Shown here: positions 29,205-39,506 of the stretch, one piece after another
Position numbering within the stretch: position 1 is the stretch's first letter
How the letters are laid out: the number at the start of each line of letters is the position of its first letter
From: Endomicrobiales bacterium
GTDB lineage: Bacteria > Elusimicrobiota > Endomicrobiia > Endomicrobiales > JALOBY01
DNA length: 64,000 bases
NCBI GenBank assembly: GCA_963796955.1
Contig: CAWCNJ010000009.1
Location: forward strand, 1-64,000
Direction: 5' to 3'
Translations under genes and position numbers: made by a program
Notes under the pieces: model-generated
The model's input: the letters and a program-made list of their open reading frames with translations, nothing else
Told to the model about the DNA's origin: nothing
Database searches by the model: none

Positions 29205-29996
29205 TTAAACCGTAAGCCCTAATAATTTTGAAGCGTTTTTGTAGTAAATGTTATTTTTATCTTCTGTGTTCAATCCCAGTGAGTCCACCTTCTCTCTCAT
29301 CTTGCGAGCCCTTTCCCACGGGAAATCCGAGGCAAAAAGTACTTTGTCGGAACCGTGGTTGGCGATGATCCTTTTTAGCTGCATGTTGTCCATTTCGTTA
29401 CAGTAGGCCAGGTCCAGGTAAACCTCTTTTCCGACCAGATGTTTTTCAACCTCGTCCCACATTTTGTATGCCCCCATGTGACCCAGCACAACTTTTATAT
29501 CCTTGATCGCCAGAACCTGCAGTATCCCTTCCGGCGTGCAATGCACGGTTTCAAAGCCGAGGTCAACTCCTGCGTGGAAAAGAACGGTCAAACCGTTCTC
29601 GGCACAGGCCTTGTAGATACCAAGAACGTTTTTATCCGCCGGGTCAAACTGCTGGTATTCGGGGTGCATTTTTATGCCCTTGATACCGGCGGCTTTGAGA
29701 ATAGCTATTTCATTCTTGAAGTCTTTGAACTGAGGGTGCATGGACCCAAAACAAATGATCGGCCCTGACGCCGAATTAAGTTCGATCATCTTTTTATTGA
29801 TGCTTCGTACCTGTTCGGGTTTTGTGGCGACAGGCTGGTTCACGGAAATATCGACACCGTCTTTTTTCATGAACTCCAGAAGACTTCCTCTGGTGCCGCT
29901 GCCATAATAGGCAATGCCGCTTATCCGGTGCAGCTTATCGACGCTGGATTGCGCGATCTCGTCTGGGAAAAAGTGGGTGTGAAAATCTATAATCAT
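29205..29996 (-). CDS. amidohydrolase family protein
   Basis: IDFHTH; KMHP; FASDFPW. Confidence 0.85.
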   Translation of the reverse strand: MIIDFHTHFFPDEIAQSSVDKLHRISGIAYYGSGTRGSLLEFMKKDGVDISVNQPVATKPEQVRSINKKMIELNSASGPIICFGSMHPQFKDFKNEIAILKAAGIKGIKMHPEYQQFDPADKNVLGIYKACAENGLTVLFHAGVDLGFETVHCTPEGILQVLAIKDIKVVLGHMGAYKMWDEVEKHLVGKEVYLDLAYCNEMDNMQLKRIIANHGSDKVLFASDFPWERARKMREKVDSLGLNTEDKNNIYYKNASKLLGLTV

Positions 29997-31627
29997 TTTA
30001 GTTTGTAAAGAAGTAACCGCTCGTTCCTGATCGAAAATTCTTTGACGAGAATTGCCCTGTTCATAACCTCGGGGAATTTCTTTTCCATCATCCCCAGTTC
30101 ATCTTTGTCGTCTTCAAGCAGCAGGAATTCTATGCCGTATTTTTCGAAGTAATCCTTTGGGTCATTGATGGTTTCCGGCATGACCGCTATCGGCTTAAGA
30201 TCGTGCTCAAAACATAAAGACGGGGCCCAGGGGCCCGCGATCACTGAACCTTTGGGTACGGTCGCGGCAAGATCCCGGGAAACGGAGAACAGCGTATAGT
30301 GCGGGTGCTTCGCCCATTGGGCATACGGCACTACGTCAAAAAGCAGCATAAGCGCCAGTAGAGAGATCGCGACGGATCTGCCGGTAATACCATCGTTTGA
30401 GAGGGCCCGCATCACCAGGTAGCTGCAGCCTACTACGGATACCTGAAAAACCTCCAGCCCTATCTGGTGGGGCAGTGAATTGAAAAAATAACCGCTCGGC
30501 ATATAAAAACGTATGAGTTCATCCGTCACATAATAGATAACACCCAGCTGGAAGAACGTATACCAGCGGGAGGACAGCTTAAGCGGTTCTGGTGTTTTGC
30601 CTTGGAACAATTGCCGCAGGATACCGGCTGCAAGGATGCTCATGGGTATCACCAGATGCAGGTAATATCGTGATGGACGGTAATTCCAGGGGGTTAGAAA
30701 AGCGAACCCGATCACGATCCATAGAAATGAGAATCGTTCAATAAAACTCAGTTTTTTCCATTTGCCTGTGAACAGGTCCCGTATGATGGAGAGCAGCGCA
30801 AGGAACGACAGCAAAAAAGTCACCGGCATCAATCGAAGGAACTCGGTGTCAAAAACCTGTCGCAAGCGGTTGATCCTGTCGGCCATAGTGGCAGGCGGCT
30901 CATAAAACGCGGACAAATGGTCTTTGGCGAGGTGTTGGATCGTGTCGTACATGGGAATCAGGAATACTGCGGCGTACACGACCAGTGCAGCAAATAACCC
31001 GACGAGATATGCTTTAACCAGCGTGGTCTTATTCTTCTTTTCATCAGGCCCGGTTACCAGCGTCAAAATGCATACGGCCGCCTGAACAATGTACGTGGGC
31101 TTGGTCATATAGGCAGCGGCTGTGAACATGCCGGCCAGTAAAGCGTTCCTTGGTGTCATTTTTTCAAGAAAATAGAGTGTTAACACCAGAAACAATATGA
31201 CCGGCACTTCCAAAAGTATGTGGCGGGTGTAAAAAAAATAAGAAAAATCAAAACCGACCATTCCCATGGTCAGGAATGCCAGACTAAAATCATTGCCTGC
31301 GTGCTTGACCACCGCGAACAGGAACAATAAGGTCACAAAGAAGCATGCCAGCGCTATCAGCCGGATGCTTCTGTAACTGACACCGAGCAGCTTCATGGCC
31401 GTATAATGGGTAACGGTCATTACCGGGCTCACGACAGTGAAAAATAATGTGTCGGTGTTCCAGGTCCCGTAGAGAATTTTACTTCTCGCGTTTTGGGCGT
31501 AACTGCTTTCGTCGGAGTACAGCGACCTGCTCCAGGTTACGCGCGGGGAAGCATCGGCGGAAAAATGGAACAGTTTCATCGCCAGGAGCACCGCCAGCAG
31601 CAACGCGACGGGCACATACCTTTTCAT
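29993..31627 (-). CDS. GT-C fold (ArnT/PMT-like) membrane glycosyltransferase
   Basis: DE motif after the first TM (SDESSY); many TM helices. Confidence 0.7.
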   Translation of the reverse strand: MKRYVPVALLLAVLLAMKLFHFSADASPRVTWSRSLYSDESSYAQNARSKILYGTWNTDTLFFTVVSPVMTVTHYTAMKLLGVSYRSIRLIALACFFVTLLFLFAVVKHAGNDFSLAFLTMGMVGFDFSYFFYTRHILLEVPVILFLVLTLYFLEKMTPRNALLAGMFTAAAYMTKPTYIVQAAVCILTLVTGPDEKKNKTTLVKAYLVGLFAALVVYAAVFLIPMYDTIQHLAKDHLSAFYEPPATMADRINRLRQVFDTEFLRLMPVTFLLSFLALLSIIRDLFTGKWKKLSFIERFSFLWIVIGFAFLTPWNYRPSRYYLHLVIPMSILAAGILRQLFQGKTPEPLKLSSRWYTFFQLGVIYYVTDELIRFYMPSGYFFNSLPHQIGLEVFQVSVVGCSYLVMRALSNDGITGRSVAISLLALMLLFDVVPYAQWAKHPHYTLFSVSRDLAATVPKGSVIAGPWAPSLCFEHDLKPIAVMPETINDPKDYFEKYGIEFLLLEDDKDELGMMEKKFPEVMNRAILVKEFSIRNERLLLYKLK

Positions 31628-31817
31628 GCATTATCCTTTTGCGGTCCGGCCGGGGACCAATAGCGTATTTTGTCTATTGTAACAAATGGTTAGACAGGTA
31701 TCAATGGACTTCCGTTGTTGACGAATAAAGAGCGTATTATGGGGACTCCGGCTATTCAATGACGAATGGCTAAGTGGTAGTATCAGAGAAACATACATGG
31801 TCTTCAGGAGAATTCTT

Positions 31818-33049
31818 ATGACAACGGATAACTATAAATATATCATCATCGGCGGCGGTCAGGCTGGAGCCTCGGCGGTGGAAGGGATACGTGAGATAGA
31901 CAAGAACGGACCGATCCTGCTGATGGGCGAGGAAAAGCATCTGCCCTATGAGCGGCCTCCTTTGACGAAAAAGCTTTGGTTCGGGAAAATGAGCGAAGAT
32001 CAGGTATTCATACACGATACTGCCTACTACAAAGATAACGGAGTTACCCTCACGCCCGGCGTACGCGCGATGAGAGTGGACCCCAACCGAAAAACCGTCA
32101 CCGATAATTCCGGAAGAACGTATCAATATACAAAATTACTGCTGGCGACCGGAGGGCGGCCCCGAAAACTGCGCATACAGGGCGGTAATCTTAACGGTGT
32201 CTGCTATTACAGAAATCTGGACGATTATGAACGTATCAGAAGCTCTGTTCGGGATGGCGTAACAGCCACGGTGATCGGCGGTGGCTTTATCGGTTCGGAA
32301 CTCAGCGCCGCTCTTGCGGTCAATGCCGTTAAAGTGACCATGATATTCCCCGAGCTTTACCCCTGCGCCAGGGTTTTCCCTGAGGGGCTCGGCAGGGCGA
32401 TCGGCGCGCATTTTGTCGAAAAAGGTGTTGAGATGCTCAGCGGCGATAAACCAATTTCTTTTTCTCTTGTGGACGGGGGCTATATGGTCAGGACGGAAGG
32501 CGGAAAAAACATCCGGTCCGATATGCTGATAGTAGGCGTCGGCATCGCACCGGAGGTGGACCTTGCGTTGACCGCGCACGTGAAGACCTTCAACGGCGTT
32601 ATAGTTGACGAATATCTGCGAACTTCCGAGCCCGATATCTACGCGGCGGGGGATAACGCTAACTTTCCCTGCAAAGCGTTGAAAAGATCGATCCGTTTTG
32701 AGCATTGGGATAATGCCCTCAGCCAGGGTAGGCACGCCGGCAGGAATATGGCGGGGCCGGCAAACCATTCGAGTATCTACCCTACTTCTTTTCTGATCTC
32801 TTCGAATTCGGCTATGAAGCGGTCGGCGATGTGGATGCCACTTTGGATACCGTGGCGGATTGGCAGGAAAAGGATCGCAAGGGTGTTATCTATTATCTGC
32901 GGGACGATAGGATCCGGGGTGTGATGTTGTGCAACGTATGGAATAAAGTTGATGCCGCGCGCGAACTGATCTTTAAGGCAGAGCCGGTGCGCGGTGATAA
33001 GCTGCGCGGAGCGATACGGGAAGTGCAGGAACCGGCCGGTAAAATGTAA
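31818..33049 (+). CDS. NAD(P)/FAD-dependent ferredoxin-reductase-like oxidoreductase (frameshift near 32755)
   Basis: IIGGGQAG; PYERPPL; GGGFIG; IYAAGD; one extra G restores PYFFSDLF and joins ORF 32831-33049. Confidence 0.85.
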
Positions 33050-33783
33050 TGCGGGATCTCACCGGCAAAACGGCTCTGGTGACCGGCGGCTCAAAAAGGA
33101 TAGGCCAGGCGATCTCTCTTGCGCTTGCGAAAGCCGGTGTCAATGTGGCTGTCCATTACCCGGAGCAAAGCGGAGAGACCGACGAAGTGATGGCGTTGCT
33201 TGCTGCCTACCCGGTCTCTGCATGGACCGTTAAAGCTGATTTTCTTAACCCGCAGGAATACAAGACCCTTGTGGCGCGTACGGTCGAGCTTACGGGACAG
33301 CTGGACATCGTGATCAACAACGCTTCTATCTTCAGCGGAGATACCCTTGATGAAATCGATCTCTCACAGGTAGTGCGCCACCTGGAAGTTAATGCCTGGG
33401 TCCCGTTCGAGCTGATGCGCGCGTTCGCGCACCGCGCCCCCGAGGGCGGGCATGTGATCAACATACTCGATTCGAAGATCGCAGGCTATGACTGGCCTCA
33501 CATTTCATATATTCTCAGTAAACAGCAGCTATCGCTGCTTACCATGATGGCCGCCCTGAAATATGCTCCGCGGGTTTCCGTAAATGCGATAGCACCCGGC
33601 CTTATCCTGCCGCCGGCCGGGAAGGATGAAGCGTATCTGGATGGGCTTGCCGGGACCGTGCCGTTACAACGTCACGGCGGGCCGGATGACATAACAGCGG
33701 CAGTCTTGTACCTGTTGAGAAACGATTTTATGACCGGCCAGGTCTTATTTGTTGACGGCGGTCGCCACTTGAGAACGGATTGA
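33049..33783 (+). CDS. pteridine reductase-like SDR (FolM/PTR1 type)
   Basis: TGGSKRIG (Arg typical of pteridine reductases); NNAS; YxxSK; pterin operon context. Confidence 0.8.
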   Translation: MRDLTGKTALVTGGSKRIGQAISLALAKAGVNVAVHYPEQSGETDEVMALLAAYPVSAWTVKADFLNPQEYKTLVARTVELTGQLDIVINNASIFSGDTLDEIDLSQVVRHLEVNAWVPFELMRAFAHRAPEGGHVINILDSKIAGYDWPHISYILSKQQLSLLTMMAALKYAPRVSVNAIAPGLILPPAGKDEAYLDGLAGTVPLQRHGGPDDITAAVLYLLRNDFMTGQVLFVDGGRHLRTD

Positions 33784-34160
33784 ACGGGAAAGATGCCATG
33801 GATCGGATCTTGATCAACGGTCTGCTCATCCGGTGTATCATCGGCGTGAGCAAAGAAGAGCGCAGAGACAAACAGGATGTGGTCGTAGATCTGTCGATCG
33901 GCACGGATACCCGTGCGGCTGCCAAGACCGACCGGCTCGCAGACGCCCTTGATTACCGGACCTTGAAAAAAAAGATACTGCGTCTGGGGGAAGCTTCCCG
34001 TTACCGGTTGCTGGAGTCCCTGACTGAAGCTATCGCCGCGCTCTGTATGAAAGAATCGAGGATCGAAAAAATAACGGTAAGAGCGGAAAAACCGGGGGCG
34101 CTGCGCTTCGCTCGAAGCGTGGCGGTAGAAATAACCCGGCGCAGGCAGGACCTGCGGTGA
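33780..34160 (+). CDS. folB: dihydroneopterin aldolase
   Basis: IGV..EER..Q; ALDY; LLE; KPGA. Confidence 0.88.
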   Translation: MNGKDAMDRILINGLLIRCIIGVSKEERRDKQDVVVDLSIGTDTRAAAKTDRLADALDYRTLKKKILRLGEASRYRLLESLTEAIAALCMKESRIEKITVRAEKPGALRFARSVAVEITRRRQDLR

Positions 34161-34639
34161 CTAAGGCATATATCGGTGTTGGCTCTAATATTGAACCTGA
34201 ACGGAACGTTGCCGCAGCAGTTCAGTTGCTTTCAGCGCGTTTGATGATCACCGGTATCTCTACTTTTTACCGCACTAAGGCGGAAGCGGGAAAACGGCAA
34301 AAAGATTATTATAACGGTGTCATAGCGGTGGAAACGGAACTGCCGCCGAAAGAGCTAAAATATGAAGTGCTGCGGGCGACCGAAAAACGTTTAGGTCGTA
34401 AGAGAACAAAAGATAAATTCCGTTCGCGAACCATCGATCTGGATCTGTTGGCCTACGGAGGGTTACGGCTGCGATCAAGGGAACTCACTCTGCCTGATCC
34501 GGATATTCGGCGGCGTCCCTATCTTGCCGCAGGCATTGCCGAATTGAACGGCGTCCTGCACCCATTAGCGAAATACACTGAATCTCTGCGGGAGAAAATA
34601 CAAAAATGGAACCGGATCCCACAAAAATCGAAGGGTTAG
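34157..34639 (+). CDS. folK: 6-hydroxymethyl-7,8-dihydropterin pyrophosphokinase
   Basis: YIGVGSN; RTIDLDLL. Confidence 0.9.
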   Translation: MTKAYIGVGSNIEPERNVAAAVQLLSARLMITGISTFYRTKAEAGKRQKDYYNGVIAVETELPPKELKYEVLRATEKRLGRKRTKDKFRSRTIDLDLLAYGGLRLRSRELTLPDPDIRRRPYLAAGIAELNGVLHPLAKYTESLREKIQKWNRIPQKSKG

Positions 34640-35169
34640 TGCGGCAGCTGTTGGTAGAACTGGGTGAAGATCCCGAGAGGGAAGGACTGAAAAAAACACC
34701 GTCACGGGTGGCCGCCTCGTTATCTTTTCTGACGTCCGGCTACCGGTTGGACGCAGGTGTCGTGCTCAAAAAGGCCATATTCACGCAGAAAACCGACAGC
34801 ATGGTCGTGATCAAGGATATTGAACTTTACAGTCTGTGCGAACATCACATACTGCCGTTTTTCGGCCGCTGCCACGTCGGATATATCTGTAAAGACCGGG
34901 TTCCCGGTTACAGCAAGATCGCGAGGCTGGTGGATGTGTTCGCACGCCGGCTGCAAATACAGGAACGATTGACCGAAGAGATATCGTACGCGATACAAAA
35001 TGAGCTTAAAGCCGATGGCGTTGGTGTCATGATAGAAGCGCAGCACTTGTGCATGATGATGAGGGGCCCGCAAAAGCAAAATTCAAGGCTGGTAACCTCG
35101 TCGGTACTGGGGACCTTTCGCGATAATGCGACGACCAGACACGAATTTCTTTCGCTGGTAAGCAGATAA
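34606..35169 (+). CDS. folE: GTP cyclohydrolase I
   Basis: SLCEHHILPF; RRLQIQERLT; HLCMMMRG. Confidence 0.95.
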   Translation: MEPDPTKIEGLVRQLLVELGEDPEREGLKKTPSRVAASLSFLTSGYRLDAGVVLKKAIFTQKTDSMVVIKDIELYSLCEHHILPFFGRCHVGYICKDRVPGYSKIARLVDVFARRLQIQERLTEEISYAIQNELKADGVGVMIEAQHLCMMMRGPQKQNSRLVTSSVLGTFRDNATTRHEFLSLVSR

Positions 35170-35186
35170 GGGTAACAGGAGGCGGT

Positions 35187-35492
35187 ATGGAAAAATTATT
35201 AAGCGCCGATGAGGCGCGGGAATTGCTTAAGGATATGCCGGATTGGAAATTAAACAACGATAAAACTACGCTCACGCGCGAGTATGCTATGAAGGATTTC
35301 ATTGCCGCCGTCGCTTTGATAGATCAGATCGCTCAGATCGCGCAACGGGAAGACCATCATCCCGACCTGCACCTGACAAATTACCGTAAGTTACGTATTG
35401 AGCTTTCCAGTCACGACGCCGGAGGCCTGACCAAACGTGATTTTATCGTTGCAGCGGCTATCAGCGCGTTAACGGCGGCTGTGCCCGCGTGA
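35187..35492 (+). CDS. phhB: pterin-4-alpha-carbinolamine dehydratase
   Basis: DHHPD; SHDAGGLT..DF. Confidence 0.9.
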   Translation: MEKLLSADEARELLKDMPDWKLNNDKTTLTREYAMKDFIAAVALIDQIAQIAQREDHHPDLHLTNYRKLRIELSSHDAGGLTKRDFIVAAAISALTAAVPA

Positions 35493-35511
35493 AAGTGATA
35501 GAGGGGTACAT

Positions 35512-36027
35512 ATGATCTGGCTTAACATGCTTAAAAGTCTTTTATCCGTCTTGCAATCGGAGGTTTCGCCTTCCCAGATAGCCTGGGGCGCCGCCTTGGG
35601 GGCTGTCGTGGGTTTTGCGCCTTTTTCCTGTCTGCATAAATACATTTTCACCGTTATCATTTTGCTGGTTAACGTCGATCTCGGAGCGGCGGCGCTTGCG
35701 ACGACCGTCTTTGGTCTTGTCGGATTGACGACCGATCCCATCGCCGACTGGATCGGTTACTACCTGCTAACGGGCATTCCCCTGCTGCAGCCGCTGTGGG
35801 TGAAACTCTTCAACATGCCGATCGTCCCATTTACGCGTTTTTATAATACCGTGGTACTCGGCAATTTTATCATATCGTTGCTGCTGTTCGTTCCGGTTAT
35901 TATGTTCACGCGGTGGTTCGTCCGTTATTACCGCACACATTTAAGCGATAAGGTCGCCCGGTGGAAAATAATGCAGCTATTCAATATCACGAATACGGCT
36001 TATTCGATCTACAAAAAAAAGAAATAG
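35512..36027 (+). CDS. TIGR03546-like (DUF2062) membrane protein
   Basis: SPSQIAWG; TRFYNTVVLG; paired with the next gene. Confidence 0.8.
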   Translation: MIWLNMLKSLLSVLQSEVSPSQIAWGAALGAVVGFAPFSCLHKYIFTVIILLVNVDLGAAALATTVFGLVGLTTDPIADWIGYYLLTGIPLLQPLWVKLFNMPIVPFTRFYNTVVLGNFIISLLLFVPVIMFTRWFVRYYRTHLSDKVARWKIMQLFNITNTAYSIYKKKK

Positions 36028-36042
36028 CTCTGGAAGGTACAC

Positions 36043-37968
36043 ATGCGCTGGAAATATTTTATCCCAACAGTTATTCTGGTAGCTCTCGTTCTCATATTTT
36101 GCGTTTTCTTTATGGATGCAATGATCCGGAAGATAATGATCTCGTCCGCGCAAATGATATTCGGGGCAAAGGTAGAGATCAGTTCCGTCAAAACCCGTTT
36201 CAGGGATATGTCTATCACCGTCTCGGAGCTGGCGGTAGCAAACCGCAAGGAACCGATGAAAAATCTGTTCCAAAGCTCATCGATCCATTTTTCCGTCAGC
36301 CCGCTGCCGCTGCTGACAAAAAAGGTCATTATCAATGAGATGTCGGTGGACGGCATCGCCTGGGGCACGAAACGTGCTTCATCAGGCGTATTGCCGCCGC
36401 GCAAAGAAAGGAAATACGCAAAACTGATAAAAAGATCCACCGGCAAAGGCATTATGGGAAAATTGATGGGCAAAGTCTCTGCCAAAGGCACGGAAGAATT
36501 CCATCAGCTGCCGGCCGTCGAGTCCTACAAAAACATTCAGCAGCTTGGTTCTCTTGCAACAGGCAAGGCGGTCGACGCCTCGGATCTCTCTTCGCTTAAA
36601 GCGATCGATACTATGCACAAAGAGATCGGGGAAAAATATGCCCGGTATGCCGTACAGGCGAGTTCTCTGACGGATACCGGCAAAACCATTCAGCAGGCGC
36701 AGGACACGATAAACGCGCTGTCGAAGGCAAAGATCAATTCCCTGGAAGATCTGAAGGCACTGCAGCCAAAGCTTGACGCCGCCAATGCCGCCAAAACAAA
36801 GATAAGCGAAAATATCAAAGAGTTGCAAAGCCTTCAGGCCAAAGCGCAGACCGATATCGGTGATGAAAAACAGTTGCTGCAAAAGATCCAGGAATCTAAA
36901 GATGCCGATTACCGCGCCCTGATGGATAAATTAAAGCTGCCCTCGGCCTCATTCGGCGCGATATCGCAGTCGTTGTTCGGCCCCATGTGGGTAGGACGTA
37001 TTGAAACGCTCCTGCACTATATTGAACTGTCACGCAACACAATGCCTTCGCGTGCAAAAACGGAGCAGCGGCATGTGCAGACGCGTCTGAGAGGGCGTGA
37101 CGTCAGCTTCCCCGTGGAACACCAACTGCCCGGCCTGCTGATCCGCGTCATACGGCTCACCGGCACGACAGGCGGTCCCGGCAAAGAGGGCACGCCGATG
37201 GATTTCAAAGGCGAGATCACCACCGTTACCTCGGATCCGGTGCTGGCCGGGATCCCGACAAAAGCAGTGATCTATGGTACGCAGGGCCTCAAGATCCTTC
37301 AGGCGAATGTTGTGATCGATCACACCGGTGAGACCCCATCCGAACAGGCAGATATAACATATGCTGGTATCACCGCAAAAGAAATGTCTCTACCGCAAAG
37401 CGAGTACCTGCCGGATTTTGGGCGAGGCTCCGGAAAAGTAGTCACCCGGTTTAAAATGACGGGCGATACTATCGATGCGACCGTCGATCTGTCTGTATCG
37501 GGCCTCGGCGCGCCAACCGCTGCGGCCGGCAACCCCGCAACGGCTTCCCTGGTAACAGCGCTTTGGGCCGGCATAAGCACTCTCAACGTGCAGGGCCGTT
37601 TAACGGGTACCGCGGATAATATCAAAATGGCGGTCTCTTCCGACATCGATAGTGCGCTATCCGGCCGCCTGGCAAAGGTTTTTGGCGGCCAGGTAAAAGA
37701 CGCCCAGCAAAAAGTACGGGGCCAGATAGACGCGCTGACCAACGCTAAACAACAGGCGGTTCTCGGCGACCTTGCTTCAAAAAAGAGCGCTCTTGGCTCT
37801 ATCTTTACCGACAAACAAAAAAAACTGCAGGATAAATCAGGTGAGCTTTCATCTCTGGAAGGTGCAAATAAAAACGCGCTGCAAAACCGGGCCGATACCG
37901 AGACAAAGAAACAGGAAGAAGAGCTGAGGAAAAAAGCCGGCGAACAGTTGAAGGGACTGTTCAAATAA
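36043..37968 (+). CDS. TIGR03545-like AsmA-related protein
   Basis: MRWKY + TM segment; GAKVEI; P.KNLF; RLRGRDV.F. Confidence 0.78.
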   Translation: MRWKYFIPTVILVALVLIFCVFFMDAMIRKIMISSAQMIFGAKVEISSVKTRFRDMSITVSELAVANRKEPMKNLFQSSSIHFSVSPLPLLTKKVIINEMSVDGIAWGTKRASSGVLPPRKERKYAKLIKRSTGKGIMGKLMGKVSAKGTEEFHQLPAVESYKNIQQLGSLATGKAVDASDLSSLKAIDTMHKEIGEKYARYAVQASSLTDTGKTIQQAQDTINALSKAKINSLEDLKALQPKLDAANAAKTKISENIKELQSLQAKAQTDIGDEKQLLQKIQESKDADYRALMDKLKLPSASFGAISQSLFGPMWVGRIETLLHYIELSRNTMPSRAKTEQRHVQTRLRGRDVSFPVEHQLPGLLIRVIRLTGTTGGPGKEGTPMDFKGEITTVTSDPVLAGIPTKAVIYGTQGLKILQANVVIDHTGETPSEQADITYAGITAKEMSLPQSEYLPDFGRGSGKVVTRFKMTGDTIDATVDLSVSGLGAPTAAAGNPATASLVTALWAGISTLNVQGRLTGTADNIKMAVSSDIDSALSGRLAKVFGGQVKDAQQKVRGQIDALTNAKQQAVLGDLASKKSALGSIFTDKQKKLQDKSGELSSLEGANKNALQNRADTETKKQEEELRKKAGEQLKGLFK

Positions 37969-37971
37969 GAC

Positions 37972-38524
37972 TTATTCCTTGAACGCGAAAACCGTGAATG
38001 TGTACAGCTCCGTCCCCTTGTCCTGCCAGGCATCCTGCGATAGACCTGCTTTCTGGCAGCAGAGTTCGTCCATAAAACATTTCTTTGTCGGCAGCTGTTC
38101 CCATACCTGCGGCAGGAATAAGCCGCTGCAATAGACCTTTCCGTACTACCACCCCATGATGTTCCGGTTCGATCTCATCCGCGTTCTTGATCCTGGTAAG
38201 GGGGGAAAGCACTGATATTTCTATTTTTATATCCTTCAGCTCGCCGGCGGTCACAGGCTTGAACCGGTTGTCTTCCACAGCGGCGGCGATAGCAAGCTGG
38301 CTGACTGCCTGGTACAGCGGCAGCTGCGCGGCGGTCGTGCCGATGCAGCCTCGCAGGCAGTTGTCTTTGGTAAGCGTAACGAAAACGGCGGCGGGCTGCA
38401 GTAGTTCTTTTTCCGTTGTTGTAACGTTCGGCAGCGCGCCTGTCTTCAAATATGCGGCTATAGAATCCCGTGCTATTTTAAATAACTCTGTCTGATTTTT
38501 CTCGCCGATGGTAAAGTCGCCCAT
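37972..38524 (-). CDS. amrA: AmmeMemoRadiSam system protein A (AMMECR1 family; frameshift near 38130)
   Basis: FVTL..LRGCIG; DNRF; IEISVLS; shifted frame gives SGLFLPQVWEQ..KAGL. Confidence 0.85.
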
Positions 38525-38598
38525 GATGTGCCTCCTTGTCAAAGTATGTGTCATTATATCTCTATACAAACACTAATTCAATTATATACAATAAGACT

Positions 38599-39501
38599 AT
38601 GGAAAATTTTGTGTCTCACGATCATAAGGAAGGCGGGTTGTCCGCTTCAAAATACTTTGGCGTTACATTGCTTAACGGCTTTATAACGCTGGTGGAAGCC
38701 GCGGCCGGCATCATGTCAGGCAGCCTCGCACTGCTTTCGGATGCAGTGCACAACCTGGGCGATACCGTCTCAATACTGTTCAGTTATTTCGCCTGGAAGA
38801 TAGCGGGAAAAGAGCAGGACGCCCGACGGACGTACGGTTACAAACGGGCCGAGATCATAGCCGCGTTCGTTAACGCTTCGGTGCTGGTCGCGATATCTCT
38901 GTTCCTTGTTTTTGAGGCGGTGAAGCGTTTTCGCGCTCCGGAAACCATACACAGCGGCCTTATGATAGGCGCGGCGCTTTTCGGTTTGACGGCTAACTTC
39001 GTTTCCATGCTGTTACTGGAACAAGGCGCGCACGGCAATATGAACGTACGTTCCAGCTATCTGCACCTGCTTGGCGATACGGTCTCTTCCGTCGGCGTTC
39101 TGTGCGGCGGTATCGCGATACGGCTCTGGCAGGTTTTCTGGGTTGACCCGCTGGTCACTGTTTTGATCGCGGTATATATCATAAAGGAAAGCTGGGGCAT
39201 CGTAAGAAACTCCGTACGGATCCTGATGCAGTCTTCCGCCGACCTTGATTATACCATGATGCGGCGGGATATCGAGGCTCTGCCGGAGGTAAAGAACATT
39301 CACCACGTGCATACCTGGATGGCCAACGAAGAAACCATTTATTTCGAAGCCCATATAGATATGGATGACTGTCTTCTTTCCAGGTCCTGCCTGGTCTCCC
39401 AGAAGATCGAGGAACTCCTCAAAAATAAATATGGCATCTCACACGCAACTCTCCAATTTGAAACCGACCGTTGTTCCAAGAAGGATTTTTTCAACAAGTA
39501 G
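38599..39501 (+). CDS. cation diffusion facilitator (CzcD-like) transporter
   Basis: SLALLSDAVHNLGD; TYGYKRAE; HLLGD; HATLQFE. Confidence 0.93.
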   Translation: MENFVSHDHKEGGLSASKYFGVTLLNGFITLVEAAAGIMSGSLALLSDAVHNLGDTVSILFSYFAWKIAGKEQDARRTYGYKRAEIIAAFVNASVLVAISLFLVFEAVKRFRAPETIHSGLMIGAALFGLTANFVSMLLLEQGAHGNMNVRSSYLHLLGDTVSSVGVLCGGIAIRLWQVFWVDPLVTVLIAVYIIKESWGIVRNSVRILMQSSADLDYTMMRRDIEALPEVKNIHHVHTWMANEETIYFEAHIDMDDCLLSRSCLVSQKIEELLKNKYGISHATLQFETDRCSKKDFFNK

Positions 39502-39506
39502 TGTCT

